DNA of 64,000 bases from Chiloscyllium plagiosum (taxonomy: Eukaryota): assembly GCF_004010195.1 (NCBI RefSeq), contig NC_057719.1, forward strand, positions 73,390,365-73,454,364, read 5' to 3'. This document shows positions 39,040 through 52,258 of the stretch, piece after piece. Made by a program: the position numbers and the translations under genes. A model generated the notes under the pieces. That model was not told the DNA's origin. It saw nothing but the letters and a program-made list of their open reading frames with translations, and searched no databases. Each line of letters begins with the position of its first letter. Positions within the stretch are counted from its first letter, which is position 1.

Positions 39040-40091
39040 CATCTTTTTAATTCATTCATGAGATGTAGGTGCCAGCATTTATTGCCCATCTCTAGTTGCC
39101 TATGAGAAGGTGATGGTAAGTTGCAATCTGTTTGGCGCAGGTAGGCCCACAATGCTGAGAAGGAGGGTGTCCCAAGACTTTGACCCAGCGACACTGAAGA
39201 TACAGCAATATATTGACAAGTCGGGATGGTGGGTGACATGGAAGGGAACATTTAGGTGGTTGTATTCCCATTTTTCTGCAGGTCTTGTTACTCTAGATGA
39301 TATTGCTCATGGGTTTGAAAAGTGCTGTCAAAGGAGCCTTTGAGCATTTCTGCAGTGCATCTTGTAGATGGTGCACACTGCTGCTCCTGAGTGTCAGTGG
39401 TCAAGGGAATTGCATTATCATGGATGTGGTGACAATCTTTGTGCTTTATCTTGGATGGTGTCAAACTTTTTGCATATTATTTGGAGCTCCACTAATCCAG
39501 ACAAGAGGAAGTAGTCTGTCACACTCCTGATTTGTGCCTTGTAGATGGTGAATGGGTTTTAGAACATGAGGAGGTGATTGCTTGTTGCATGATTCAGAGC
39601 TTTTGACCTTGTAACCACAACACTTGTATGGCTACTCCTGTACAGTCTTGGTCAAACTCCAGGATGTTGATAATGGTGGATTCAATGATGGTGATGCCAT
39701 TGAATGTCAAGGGGCAAAGGTTAACTTCACTCTTGTTAAGATGGTCATTGCCTGGTATTTGTGTGGCTTAAATATTACTTACCACTTGCAACCCGAGTCA
39801 GATAATATTCAGGCTCTGTTGCATTTGAACATGGATTGCTTCGGCATCTGAGAAGTCACAAATAGTGCTGAACAGTGTGCAATCATCAGCAAATATTCCC
39901 ACTTCTGACCTTATGATGGAGGGAAGGTCATTGATGAAGTAGCTGAAAATGGTTGGACCTAGGACACTTCCCTGAGGAATTCCTGCAGAGATATCCTGGA
40001 GCTGAGGTGACTGACCTCTAACAACCACAACCATCTTTCTTTTTGCACGGTCTAACACCAAAAGCCATTGTTTTTTTCCCCTGATTCCCAT
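39040..40091 (-). mobile_element. CR1-group LINE, RT core to 3' tail
   Basis: ORF track GIPQGSVLGPTIFSYFINDLPSIIRSEVGIFADDCTLF; minus-strand tail GATGGGCAATAAATGCTGGCACCTACATCTCATGAATGAATTAAAAA. Confidence 0.88.
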
Positions 40092-41954
40092 TTCTGCTCC
40101 TGTTTTTTTTATTTTCCATGATCTTTGCCACTGTTGCCAAAATATTAACTTCTGTTATTTCCTCTTTGTGTTGATATTACACTTTTAATGTAAAGAGATG
40201 ACCTGGAGTGCTTCAAAAGAACTTATGCAGGCAAACATTTGGCATTAAGTCAAAGATGACGACATTTGCACATCAATATTTTAAGCAATTTTATTTCCTT
40301 GTGGTCCACAGCAAATTAAACTCTGATAAGTTTGCTTGGATTACATCGCAAATTTAATCTTACTAGCATTGCCCTGAGACAACTGAATGATAATTGACAT
40401 TGATTCTAGTCACCCCAATCATTCAGGTTTCATTCCTGTTGTTTGTCTGAACTCCTTGCTGAGATTATTATTCTGTTGTTATTCTGCTTGAGACCAATGG
40501 TAAACCAATTAAATGTTATGAAAACTCATGTTGGTATTATACGGGAAAACTTTATTGTGATATTTAGCTCTTCGAAGTACTCTAATTCATTTAACAGGGG
40601 GACTTTTGGAATAACAGCTACAGTGATAAAGAACTGAAAATTCAAAAGTGGAGTCTGTTAATTTTTAAAAGTAACTTTCAACTTATGCAAAGAAATATGC
40701 ATTCAACTAAAAGCAGCACTAACTGTTACTTTAATTAAAGATAACAGACAACAGTATGGACTATCAGTCACAGTTGTTCTGGTTTTCAAGGGGTGTCAGC
40801 TGCAGCTGGGGAGAAAGATACTTTGAATATGATGTAGTGTAGCTTTTTATCTATATTAAACAGGCCTGCCATGTTACTGACATCGAGATAGTCCCACAGG
40901 GTAACTCCCACAAGAAGAACAGTTTAGTCGTGTGAGCTTCATCTCTCTCGTGTGTAAATAGTCTGTTGGCAGCCATCTAAAATCTTGTTGTTTTTTAACC
41001 AACACAATTTGAGGCACTTTCTTCCCTTTACTTTTAGTCCTTGCTACTTAACACATTCTCAAAATCCTCTCATTTTCAAATTAATTAATTATTCATTCAA
41101 ATTGTGCACTGTCTGAGCATTTATTTCATTTACTGCTTGTCAGGCATTGCATTGTGCCAATTGGTGATGACATCTGTCACACACTAACAACATATGAAAA
41201 GTGATCTATTGTCCTGAGGGTGTGAAAAGTGGTTTCTTCATTCTCTCTTTCTATCACTTGGGATGTTATGCATTCAGATTCCTATGCAGCCCCAGCAAGC
41301 AGATATCAAAAGGCAACTTGCTATTAATGGTCTGTTAATTATGTGGTCAAGATGCACTGCTGAAGGTCAGTGTTTTAGTAAGTACGTGGAACACTTACAA
41401 AGAGAAATTCCTCATGGTCCTGATTTTTGGGCACCTCGTTGTAGGAGGATGGGAAAGCTGGAGGACCTCTGCATTAATCTGCTGCTGTGTCTGGTCAGGA
41501 TGTCCATTAACAGGTCTAGGCAAGACAGTCATTATACCTGACTACCTGCATCTCTTCTGTAGCTAAATTCACACCTAGGTAGCCCTGGAAGATGGAGTAT
41601 GCAGTATCCACTTGAGGGGCTGTGACGGTGGACAGTGCAGGGACTAGAGTATGTTATATACCCCCTCCAAAACAGATTCTATTTTAAATTTGCTGTGTGT
41701 TCTTTCATGATTTGATTTTAGTTCAGTGCCATGAACTGGGGTTGTCACATGTTAGCTCTTTTTCATTAGTTTATGAGTTGTCATTAGGAAACAGAGATGT
41801 GTAATTGCGAGGGTGGGTATTAACCCTTTATTTCCTCTTGGACCAGACAAGACTCGGGTATCTTTGTTTAAATGTTTATTCATGCGTACAGCGGAGATGT
41901 ACTCATCAAGAAAATGGCATGCAACTCTGATCTTATCCTTGATATAGAGAGCTA

Positions 41955-42140
41955 TGGAGGTAGCCCTTGTGGTATATTTAAAGCTGAGATAGATAAATTC
42001 TTGGTAAGTCAGAGAATCAAGGGTTGTGGGGAAAATGCAGGAAAGTGGACATGAGGAATGTTGGATCAACCACAATCCTACTGAATAGCAAAGCAGGCTC
42101 AAGGGGCTGAATGGCCTACTTCTATTTCTTATGGTCTTAT
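41955..42140 (+). mobile_element. CR1 LINE 3' tail
   Basis: IFKAEIDKFL, GGGCTGAATGGCCTACT stem, TCTTATGGTCTTAT tail. Confidence 0.75.
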
Positions 42141-44329
42141 TAGGAAAACAAAGGTTTTATAGCAGTTTTACAGTTAACAAGCTTCAAGCTGACTATTACT
42201 GCAGGTAATCATTTCCAATCAATGGTTTACACACTTTCCCATTTCTTTGTCCAAACCTGGTTTCACAAGTCATATTTCAAGGTAGTACGCATGACTATAT
42301 TATCCAATTTATTGAAACTAACACATGATTATTTTATCCAATCATATCATTTAACATACCTATTGTTACAAGAAACCTAAATTGCTCATTTCTCCCCTCC
42401 CTCCAATCAGTAATGCCATTTTCAGTGAATAAACCTATTAACAAGAAAAATATTAGTCTCTAGTTTCACGTCTCACTAACCGATTTGGAATTGAACGAAC
42501 ATATGCAAGTTCCAGGCAAGTTCAGATTTCACTTGTACGGTCTTAACAATTGGCTGGAGCAGTCTAATGAAATAATACACAGTTGCCAAGAAATTGCCAA
42601 GCCTTGGCTCTGCTACAAGGAAGCATGTACTCTGCTGGAGTTTTAATCAATTCTAAACTTCTCTTATGAGGCATTCATGCAGTAAATGGAATTTTGTGAG
42701 GGGCAGCAATAAACCCTCACCTAGCCGGTTACGCCCATATCTCATGAAAGATTTCAAAATAAGTCAGTCAGTGACCTACAAACGTCTCCTTATGCCATGT
42801 AAACAAACAGAAATGTGTTTTCATTTTTGTAGTAGCTGTATACATAAATGTTCCACTCCCATTTCATAACAATTTTGACAGATCATCTCCCTAAGATTTA
42901 GAATACAGAATGTGTGGAGGTATGGCCAGAGGTCATTGTTCATTTCACAACACATTGCTGCATCAATACTGGAATGATTGTTCGTTTTCCTCTTCATGTT
43001 CATTGATTTTTCTTAGGATGCGGGCGTTGCTCACACTTACGGCCCAACCCTAACTGAGAAGGTAGTGCTGAGCTGCCTTGTTGAACTGCAGCAGTTTTTT
43101 TTTCTGGTGCAGGTACTGCAAGCAAGGAAACTCCAGGTTCCTGATGCAGTGACAGGGAAGGGAAATATAGGAAACATTCAGTCATTTAGGCAGCATCTAT
43201 AGAAAGAAAAACAGTGTTAATACGATTATTGCTAAGAGAGCCTTTTACCTGCTCCATGAAAAGATTCCTGCTGAATAACATTTAGCTACATACTTCTGTG
43301 TAACTTTGATCACTCTCTTTGGTGGGAACATACAATATTCTAAGCCAAATTTAGCATTTCTAGTCTAGTCCAGGTTGGATTTCTGCCTGTCAGTCATTTC
43401 ATGTTACACTGCAAATCCCAGCTAGAACAGCAGTTTATAATGGGTTGTGAGAAAAAGGCCAAGACTTCACTGGGAGGAAGAGGCTGTACCTACTGACTAG
43501 AAACTCACAAGCAAACACACGTAGTATGAGGTTCATGCATTAAGATTCTTGCAAGTGGATAGAATGTCCTTTTCTAAAAGCTCCTAGGTGGTCAGATTGC
43601 TCATCTCTTTAATCAAAGACGATTTAAGGAGAGAAGAAATGCTTACGATAACCATGTGGACCTAGAAATTACTGTTACAGCTCAAACAGAAATAAGTACC
43701 AACATGGAATGATATGGCCAAATGATCTGTTTCTGTGTGGTCATTTGCCTGTATTTGCTCAGATCTTTCTGCTGATGGTAGAATAATCCTTACAGCAATC
43801 TATATTCACTGAGGACCAGCCCCCACCAACTTGGTTGAATAATGTGTGCAGTGTGTTTGCCATGCGGGAAGTTGTCACATGCTGAAGGTGTTAGATTAAC
43901 TTCTCGTTGTGCTGGACATGAAGGACACCATCCTCTTCCTCTAACACTGGACAGATCTATAATGACAAGCAGCTTCTCTGAGTATCTGCAACAAAAGATC
44001 ATGTCAATATGACATTACTGAGAGCCTTTAGACCTGACTGAATTGCCAATGCACCAACAGGATTGACGCAGCATGGCAAGGCATGGATGCTGTGAGCGTG
44101 CAAGTTGGCGCTGAGTGAGCAAGCGCTAAGAGACCATGCATGCAGTTCTGAGATGCAGCCTGGTCCAATCCTTTAGCCAGGTGCCTGATGTGCATGCAAA
44201 GTTTTCTCACAGCAGCCTTTCAATACTAATTGCCGGTGCACGCTAAGAACAATTTTAAAGTTATTGAATTCTGTAAAGCCCTGTGATCAAGAACCTTTAA
44301 GGTAGATGTTAGAATAGTATGCTATGAAT

Positions 44330-44622
44330 ATAGAGTCATACAGCCCAGAAACAGACCCTTTGACCCAACCATAATCCCAAACTAAACTAGTCCCACCTGC
44401 TTGTGTTTGGCCCATATCTCTCCAAACATTTCTTATTCATGTACTTATCCAAATGTCTTTTAAACATTGTGACTGTAACCACATCCACCACTTCCTCTGG
44501 AAGTTCATTCCACACATGAACCACCCTGTGTGTAAAAATATTGCCCTTCATGTCTTTTTTAAAAATATTTCTCCTCTCACCTTAAAAATATGCCCTCTAG
44601 TCTTGAAATCCCCCACCCAAGG
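44330..44622 (-). mobile_element. CR1 LINE 3' tail
   Basis: Close to the reverse complement of 47260-47545. Confidence 0.8.
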
Positions 44623-46214
44623 TGAAAGGAGAATGTCAAAATTAATGTTCATTCAGAATTCCATTGAAGACTTAGCTTTTGGTGGAAGAGTAAAAGGAGA
44701 GAGAGGAGAAAGAAAAATATTTGAATGTTTGTGAAGTGAGGTCTCCTTGTCAGAGGAGGACATCTTGTTTGCTGTGCTCTTGCCAAATGTAGATAGTAAC
44801 CACGGTGTGCTCGAAATCTCAAGTCCATTGCCTTTTGGAAGCTGCAGTTTATCAAAGAAGCATTTGCAGAACTGTATGGCGTGCTGCTGGAGGGTGTACA
44901 GCCTATTTCCAGGGCAGATAGAGGCTGCTAGTGACGCCTTCAATTTGTTTTGACTGTGACCATTTCAAAGGGCCCATTGGGAGATCAGCCGCGTTGATGA
45001 ACTGGCAGAGTGTCACTACAAAGAACAATATCTAGTTGCTTGGTTTCTAGAGCAACCATCTACAAAGTGTAATAGGAGATAGACCATTTTTCAAAAAGAA
45101 AGGCAGGATTCTTTTACAACACAGAATGACCTTGGCATCCATAAAACTCGTTGAATGCTCATCACTGCTCAAATTGTGAAGCCTTTTAAACTGACTTGAT
45201 GCATTCATTTTACAGTAGTTTAAGCATTTGCTTATGATCTGTATATAGCATCCTCGCATACCAGGCTGGCACAGAAGCAAGGGACTATATCTTAACACCC
45301 AAAAATACATAGTTTGGGTAAGCTACTATGAGATGTTAAAACAATAACAAATAGACAGACAAACACCATCTACCTCCAAACTTCCAAACATGTTGAATCC
45401 AGGCAGAACAAGGAAAGGGCTGGAAATGGCTTGGCCGATTAAATATTTTACTGAAGCTCGTAAACTCTAATTTAACTCACGTCCCAAACCTTTGGAACAT
45501 GGAAGCTGAAGAGAGGTGAAATATCTTTACAGACAAGGTAAATATTCTGCCCTGCAATTTTCCAACCCTCCCATCCAATCCTGAACATAGCAGCTGCATC
45601 TCATATCCCTCCACTCTCAGTGGAGCTTTTCAGTGCATTTGTCACAGTTGGAGCCTGAATAATGGTAAGAGGCTCCTGAGATGGAGGTGTTTGTTGTTGT
45701 CACTGAGGCAAGCCTACCGTCGGCTGCTGCTCTACATTATGATGGGGCCTTACCCAAGTTTTGACCCCAGTGAATTTGTTGCAGGAGAATGGCGGGACAA
45801 TAAGGCCAGCTGATCCAGGAAGCTACATCACTGACTCACGGAATTGGAAGTGAGCAGAACATGTGCCTCCAATTTTATTATGGAATTCCCCAGTAGTAAC
45901 TTACTCCACTTCAAAAGCAAGTCCTTCAAGGGATATTGTGACATTACAACCCATAGACAATTTGACAGCTATCTGGCTGTTCATAATGGATGTCAGAAAT
46001 GTCTCCATGGGCAAACTTTTATTGTTTGTTTTGTCAATATGTCATAGAAAGCCCTGATTTATATTTGCCGAGCACAGCTTTTCAGGCTGTCGTTGTTCAA
46101 AAACAAAATCCAAAAATGGTTTAATGGACACTCTTTCTCATGAATAAAAAGATCTTTTAAAGAAGAAACTTATAGTTGAGTTGTTAAAAATAACCATAAT
46201 ACATAACCATAATA

Positions 46215-46547
46215 GGGGGAGCCAATGGCCTAATGGTATTATCATTGAACTGTTAATCCAGAGACCCAGGTAATGTTCTGGTGACCCACCACAGCAGATG
46301 GTGGAATTTGAGTTCTATAAAGAAAAATATTGAAATAAGAATCTAATTGTTGATTGTTGGAAAAACCTTTCTGGTTTGCTAATGGCCTTTAGGGAAGGAA
46401 ACTGCCATCCTTTTATGGTCTGGCCCACATGTGACTCCAGACCCACAACAATGGTTGTCTCTTAACTGCCCTTGGCTAGCGATGGGCAATAAATGCTCCC
46501 TAGCCAGTAATGCCCTCATCGGATAAATAAATAAAGGGAAAAAAAAA
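46215..46547 (+). mobile_element. tRNA-derived SINE sharing head and tail with the CR1-group LINE
   Basis: TGGCCTAATGG A box; body similar to 1381-1645; tail GATGGGCAATAAATGCT..AGCCAG similar to the LINE tail at 39040; A-rich end. Confidence 0.8.
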
Positions 46548-46599
46548 CTGTTTGCTGCATAGCACGACTTTTGAACAATTAAATATACCCATTTCTCAT

Positions 46600-47545
46600 G
46601 AGGGTAGGGTGTTCTGCAGGGGTCGGCACTGGATCCACTTTTGTTTGTCATTTATTCAAATGATTTGGATGAAAATGTAGGAGGCATGGTTGGCAAGTTT
46701 GCAGATTACACCAAGATTGGTGGTATATTGGACAGTGAAGAAGGTTATCTAAGATTAATTGGGTCAATGGGGCTGAGGAGTGACAGATGGAGTTTAATTT
46801 GAGAAAATGCTAGGTATTGCATTTCGGTAAAACAAACAAGAGCAGGACTTGCACAATTAATAGTAACCCCTTGAGCAGTGTTGTAGAACAGAGAGACCTA
46901 GGGATTCAGGTACATAATTCTTTGAAATTTGCATCACAGGTAGATAGGGTGATTAAAAAGGCATTTAGCACACTTGCCTTCATTGCCCGGACCATTAAGG
47001 ACAGGAGTTGGGAAGTCACGTCGAGATTGTACAGGACTCTTCTGTTCTCCCTGTTATAGGAAAGATGTTTTATTAAACTGGTGAGATTTAGAAAAGGTTT
47101 ACCAGGATGTTGCCTGGAATGGAGGGTTTGAGATATAAAAATTGAAAGGCTGGGAAGGTTTTTCAGTGTAGCATAGGTTGAGGGGTGTTCTTATTGAGGT
47201 TTATAAAATCATAAGGGGCATAATAAGGTGATTGACAAGAATCTTTTCTCTATGATGGGGGCATATCTTTAAGTTGGAAGGAGGAAGATTTGAAAAGGAT
47301 ATGGGGGGGCAACGTTTTTTGTAGAGGTTGGTGCGTGTGTAGAATGAACTCCCGGAGAAAGTGGTGGATGCAGGTATGTTTACAACATTTAAAAGACATT
47401 TGGATAAGTTCATGAATAAGAAAGATTTGGAAGGATATGGGCCAAGCACAGGCAGGTGGGACTAATTTAGTTTGGAAATGTGGTCAGTGTGGTCTGGTTG
47501 GACTGAAGAATCTGTTGTTCTGCTGTATGACTCCATGACTGTGAC
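46600..47545 (+). mobile_element. CR1 LINE RT/3' end just upstream of RAB15 exon 3
   Basis: GVLQGSALDPLLF, FADYTKIGG, LHFGKTNK, VEQRDLG motifs; TATGACTCCATGACT tail. Confidence 0.88.
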
Positions 47546-47666
47546 TGTTAATGAAGGAAATAGGGATTGATTTTGGAATAATATGCAGATCCTGTAGTTA
47601 AAACTTTTCTGAGTATGGCAATGAGAAATTTTAATACTTTCCTCTTTTGTTTGAATTATTTCTCAG

Positions 47667-47727
47667 GGATACTGCAGGCCAGGAACGATATCAGACAATC
47701 ACAAAGCAGTACTACAGACGTGCCCAG
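47667..47727 (+). CDS. RAB15: Rab15 coding exon 3
   Basis: 61-nt exon, tctcAG / GTgagc; (W)DTAGQERYQTITKQYYRRAQ containing the G3 motif and the Rab15-typical TITKQYYRRAQ. Confidence 0.97.
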
Positions 47728-49191
47728 GTGAGCTTCACATTACACTCTGCCAGATTTGGGAAAGCAAATAAGGCAAGATGACACAATTGAGTTCAAAACT
47801 AATTGAAATGGAAAACAAAGAAGCTTCCTCTAGTGGTTCAGTGGCTGAACTGTTTGATAGATCTGCCATAATCGTTACAAGTTGTTTTTATTTCTGGCTA
47901 TGTTTTAATCACCTAAAATAAATGGTGTGACATTGACTATGCAAACCATAAGAGCCCAGGCTTGGTCCCCACTTACTTTTAATCATGGCTGCAGTTGTGA
48001 GTGATTGAGGTAGCCTTCTGAACATGGCTAGGAAGAGGAGAATTATACTGGAGATTCTGCTTTTTGCCTCAACCCAGTGACTGCACCTTGAAAGTGATAG
48101 CGCAGGGGTCAGGTGATGATTGAATACAATATTTTCCACTATCAGGTAGTATGCAAAGATTTAAGAGTCCATTTTAGCCTGCCTAACAAGAGCAGTGCAA
48201 GGAGGGGTGAAGATCAGGCCCTGTTCACTTACCAGCCTGACAGCAAACTGTCACCATTAGTATCACCTTCACTTTGCCAAATTTGAAGTCACTTAAAGCT
48301 CTCACTGCAGGAGGCCACTTGCCTTTAAAAACAGGATGGGCAAAGATATAAATAATGGCCTCTTAGTGGTAAGAATCAAAGAGGTAGGTCAACAACAGCA
48401 TTTGTCAACACGGAATGGACATTAAAATTCTAACTAACAAGGTTTTCATTGAAGTGGGTGAATTTATTTCCTTGTAGTTCTGAGTCATGCAGATGAGGCA
48501 CTAAACTGCTGTGTTCCCTCATATAGTGTAAGTGATCAGCCAAGACAAGAGTGAGCTGTTCAATAACTTGAAGGAGCAAAAAGTGGTCCAGTAATTCTGT
48601 GGTGACTGCTGCCAATATCTGTGTGGTGTTTTGTTGCCATCATCTCCCATTGTCAGACACCTGGTGAAAAGTACTTAGGAAGAATGGTCACTTAGGGGCT
48701 GCTGCCAAAGGGGCAAACTACCTCAGAAAGTTCTACCCCTCTGCGAGGAAGTAAATTTGAATGTAGAAACATTAAGTACATTCCAGGATAAACAAAGTTC
48801 CAGGTAGTTAAGTTGCTACTGAATTTAGAAAGCCAATCCCAGTCTCTGTCATAATTCACTATTGCACTTCAAGCAAAATGCTAATAAAATCATCAGATAA
48901 AATCATTATCTAACATTGTAGATTTAGACAAGTTATATAGACTCTTGAGACATCAGTTGCACCGCCTATAGTTTATGAGTTGCTTTAATTACCTTTGCTT
49001 TGTAGTTTTTTTTCAGCATTGGCCTTGAAGGTACTGACTTCCTTGTAGCCTGTAGCAATCCTTTCTCTAGATTATGACAGCAATCCACTTTGCTAATATG
49101 TATTATGGTTAAGGCTTGGTTACTAGGATAAGTGTAACATGTTTTCCACGAAATCATATACTAAATAGGATTTATTGATTTTTATTTACAG

Positions 49192-49269
49192 GGAATTTTT
49201 CTGGTGTATGATATTACCAGTGAACGCTCCTTTCAGCATATTATGAAATGGGCCAGTGATGTTGATGAG
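49192..49269 (+). CDS. RAB15: Rab15 coding exon 4
   Basis: 78-nt exon, tttacAG / GTaaga; GIFLVYDITSERSFQHIMKWASDVDE. Confidence 0.97.
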
Positions 49270-49394
49270 GTAAGAGACAAAGTGACTATGCATAATTTTA
49301 TCTTTGAATAAACGTTAAGACTGTAGGAAAAGCATTATCTATGTTTAATTAGTTACAGTACTCACATTGTATTTCTTCATCACCCTACCCCAAG

Positions 49395-49484
49395 TATGCT
49401 CCTGAAGGTGTTCAGAAAATTCTCATAGCCAACAAAGCTGATGAGGAACAGAAAAGACAAGTGAGTGCTGAACAAGGTCAAAAA
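49395..49484 (+). CDS. RAB15: Rab15 coding exon 5
   Basis: 90-nt exon, ccccaAG / GTaagt; YAPEGVQKILIANKADEEQKRQVSAEQGQK with the NKxD (G4) motif. Confidence 0.96.
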
Positions 49485-49589
49485 GTAAGTATTCACCGTC
49501 ATTTACGTTCCTATTCCATTCAATGTGTGTTCTACTTGTAATATCATATAAGTTTAGCTGATATTTCATCCCAAACCATTTTTTTGACA

Positions 49590-50082
49590 AAGAAACTAAA
49601 GAACCGAGGATGCTGGAAATTAGAAACAAAAATTGCTGGAAAAACTCAAGCAGGTCTGGCAGCATCTGTAGAGAGAAAGTGGAGTTAATATTTTGGGTTA
49701 CGTAACCCTTCTTCAGAACAGTTCTGAGCAGCAGAAGAAACCGCTGGTTAAACTCAGCAGCTCAGAACTGTTTTGAAGAATGGTTACTTAACACAAAATC
49801 AGAGTGGTGCTGGAAAAGTACAGCCGGTCAGGCAGCATCCGAGGAGCAGGAAAATCGACATTTCAGGCAAAAGCTCTTCATCAAGAAAGGCCCGAAACAT
49901 CGGATGCTGCCTGACCTGCTGTGCTTTTCCAGCACTACTCTAATCTTGACTCTAATCTCAAGCATCTGCAGTACCCACCTCTTCCTAGCTGACTTAACCC
50001 AAAATGTTAGCCCCACTTTCTCTCTACAGATGCTGCTAGACCTGCTTGAGCTTTTCCAACAGTTTCTGCTTTTTGTTTCATT
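49590..50082. mobile_element. Nested pair of palindromic Penelope-type mini-elements in RAB15 intron 5
   Basis: Outer inverted arms 49620-49729 versus 49760-49799 plus 49992-50080; inner palindrome 49800-49991 flanked by ACTTAAC(A/C)CAAAAT TSD. Confidence 0.8.
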
Positions 50083-50634
50083 TCTCTTGGCAGTTTATTC
50101 TCAGCAGTAATTTGCCTTGCACGCTCTGGGACAAGGTCAGAATGTCGGTCCCAAACTATTTGACTTTACTCTGAACTAGCAGTCTAGTCAGCAGTATTAA
50201 CTGGTGCCTATAATCTGTAAAATAGAGGTTAATACTATAACTGATAAATTTACATTCTTTGTACTTGGTGATATTGCCGTTTTTAGGGGAGGAACATGTC
50301 TAACATAAAAGCAGAAATACTCTGAAGACAGATTGAATGCTGCTGGACTCACTATTTAAAGACACCACACAATACATTCCAACAAAGATTGAGTTTCCTA
50401 TCCTGGTTCCTTTATCAGTGTGTGTAAAACACAATATCATCTGTGCTAGGTTGGGGTATCCAGGATTATAAATCTCTGGTATTGGAGTAGTAACAAACTG
50501 TTCTGATTGAATGGTACAAAGGGCAGAATAGCTTACGCCTGTTCTGATATGTAACACCATAAATTAAGAATGTGCTGTATAATTTAGGAATCACTACCTG
50601 GTTTTAAAAGTTCTATTAACACTTGCTTCCACAG

Positions 50635-50700
50635 CTTGCAAAAGAATATGGAATGGACTTCTTCGAAACAAGTGCCTGCACCAATTATAATATTAAAGAG
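50635..50700 (+). CDS. RAB15: Rab15 coding exon 6
   Basis: 66-nt exon, ccacAG / GTcagt; LAKEYGMDFFETSACTNYNIKE with the ETSA (G5) motif. Confidence 0.96.
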
Positions 50701-51642
50701 GTCAGTGCAAGCATTACAATCACAGAAATGTAAATATTTGTAGCACAGAGAGAGGCAATTTGGCATGTTGTATCTTTTCCCATGCCCTCCCAGTATAATC
50801 TAAAATTAATCTCACTATGTTACTTGCTTCCCAAATCTCCCAACCACAACCAATTGGAAAGAAATTCCTCCTAAGCTTCTTATCGTCTGAGTAGCTGTTT
50901 TAAATTTACTAATCATTGCCAACCTTTTTTTCTGCTTCTGAGGCCAAGATGAGTCCACCATGGTTATCTCAAATGATGGAGCAGGCTCAAATGGGCTGAA
51001 TTTCTAACTTTGCTCCTAGTATTTATGCACCTTGTAATTACAGTTCTCCATCCCTGATATTATTGTTGACTATGAACACTGAAAATCTAAACTTAATTGT
51101 AAATATTGAATGTAAAATATGAATATTTTGTAATTGAATGTGTTAATTAAATTATCCATTAATTATATTGTCTGTTAGACTTTTTAAAGGAAAATATATA
51201 ACAACACCACTTATAATAGAACCAAACATGTGTATAACATAGGAGATAGTTTGGCACTTTTGTTTATGCTAATCTTTGTAAGCCATTGACCAGGTTATGA
51301 ACTAGGCTTCGTGTACAGCAAGTAAGATGCCAATTATTTAATCCCCAATTATAACCTATCTAAACTCACATGACAATTCATTCTTTTACATTGATGTTAT
51401 CTTTCAATAAAGTCACTCAAGTGACTTAGCACCCATAAATGAAAGCTTTTTTCAAGAATAAATATTGCTTTAGCAGAGAATTGTTTCCCCTCTCTCGTCC
51501 TTTGAATATTGCAGTGAGATTTTGTTTAATGTGCATGATGAAACATATATGTACATATGTAAGTTTAATTTCAGGTAAAAAGCGCAAGTTGAATTGTTGC
51601 ATTTGTAATGTTGTGGTATTTTGGCATGTTCTTATTCCACAG

Positions 51643-51801
51643 TCATTTACTAGACTGACAGAACTAGTGTTACAGGCCCACAAGAAGGAGTTAGATGGGC
51701 TTCGACTATCAACCCCTGATGAACTTAGTATTGCTGATTTAGAGGAGGATGACAGCAAAATTGAAGGGACGAGTAACTCACAGAAAGTTTGCTGGTGCTA
51801 G
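51643..51801 (+). CDS. RAB15: Rab15 terminal coding exon 7
   Basis: ccacAG acceptor; SFTRLTELVLQAHKKELDGLRLSTPDELSIADLEEDDSKIEGTSNSQKVCWC-TAG, ending in the CXC geranylgeranylation motif typical of Rab15. Confidence 0.96.
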   Translation, partial: SFTRLTELVLQAHKKELDGLRLSTPDELSIADLEEDDSKIEGTSNSQKVCWC

Positions 51802-52252
51802 AAACGGAGCCAAACAAAATCCAGTTCAGCGGTCTGAATCATGCCTCAAGACCTGGTTGCCTGCTGTTATTTTGTGCCACCTTAAATATTCACACGAATC
51901 CTGCTTCTCTCTGGAGTTGGACTGATTCTTCCAGCTGATTCAAATAGGTGTTGTATTTTTGTCCCAGCTCTGTGGTTCAACCACGTCTTGGACCTGGCTT
52001 GTGTGCTGTGCATTTTGTACAGTTACTGTGCTGTAATTTGTGTTCAGGTGCTCAACTGATGGTTCAGTAGCCTGGTTTCTACAAGACTGCTGTTTCAGTA
52101 TTTGTTTTCTATGTGGACAGCCCTTCCAGACTTTGTGACACCATTGTTTTCGCAATTAGATACTTATCATTACAATTGCCCGGATTTCCCCTTTTTGTGT
52201 AATTAATAAGTAGTTTCTTCAGTATGCTTTTAAAATATTTTTAGCCAAGCTC

Positions 52253-52258
52253 AATAAA
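52253..52258 (+). terminator. Candidate RAB15 poly(A) signal (others near 53055 and 53568)
   Basis: First AATAAA I noticed after the stop, followed by tgctctgtttgtc; which site is used cannot be determined from sequence. Confidence 0.35.

Noticed and set aside
49425..49442. IANKAD instead of the usual GNKxD in Rab15
   Set aside because: NKxD is intact and Ala at this position occurs in other small GTPases.
49590..50082. CRISPR-like array or miRNA precursor
   Set aside because: Inverted rather than spaced direct repeats in a eukaryotic context; TSDs and dispersed homologues indicate transposon origin.
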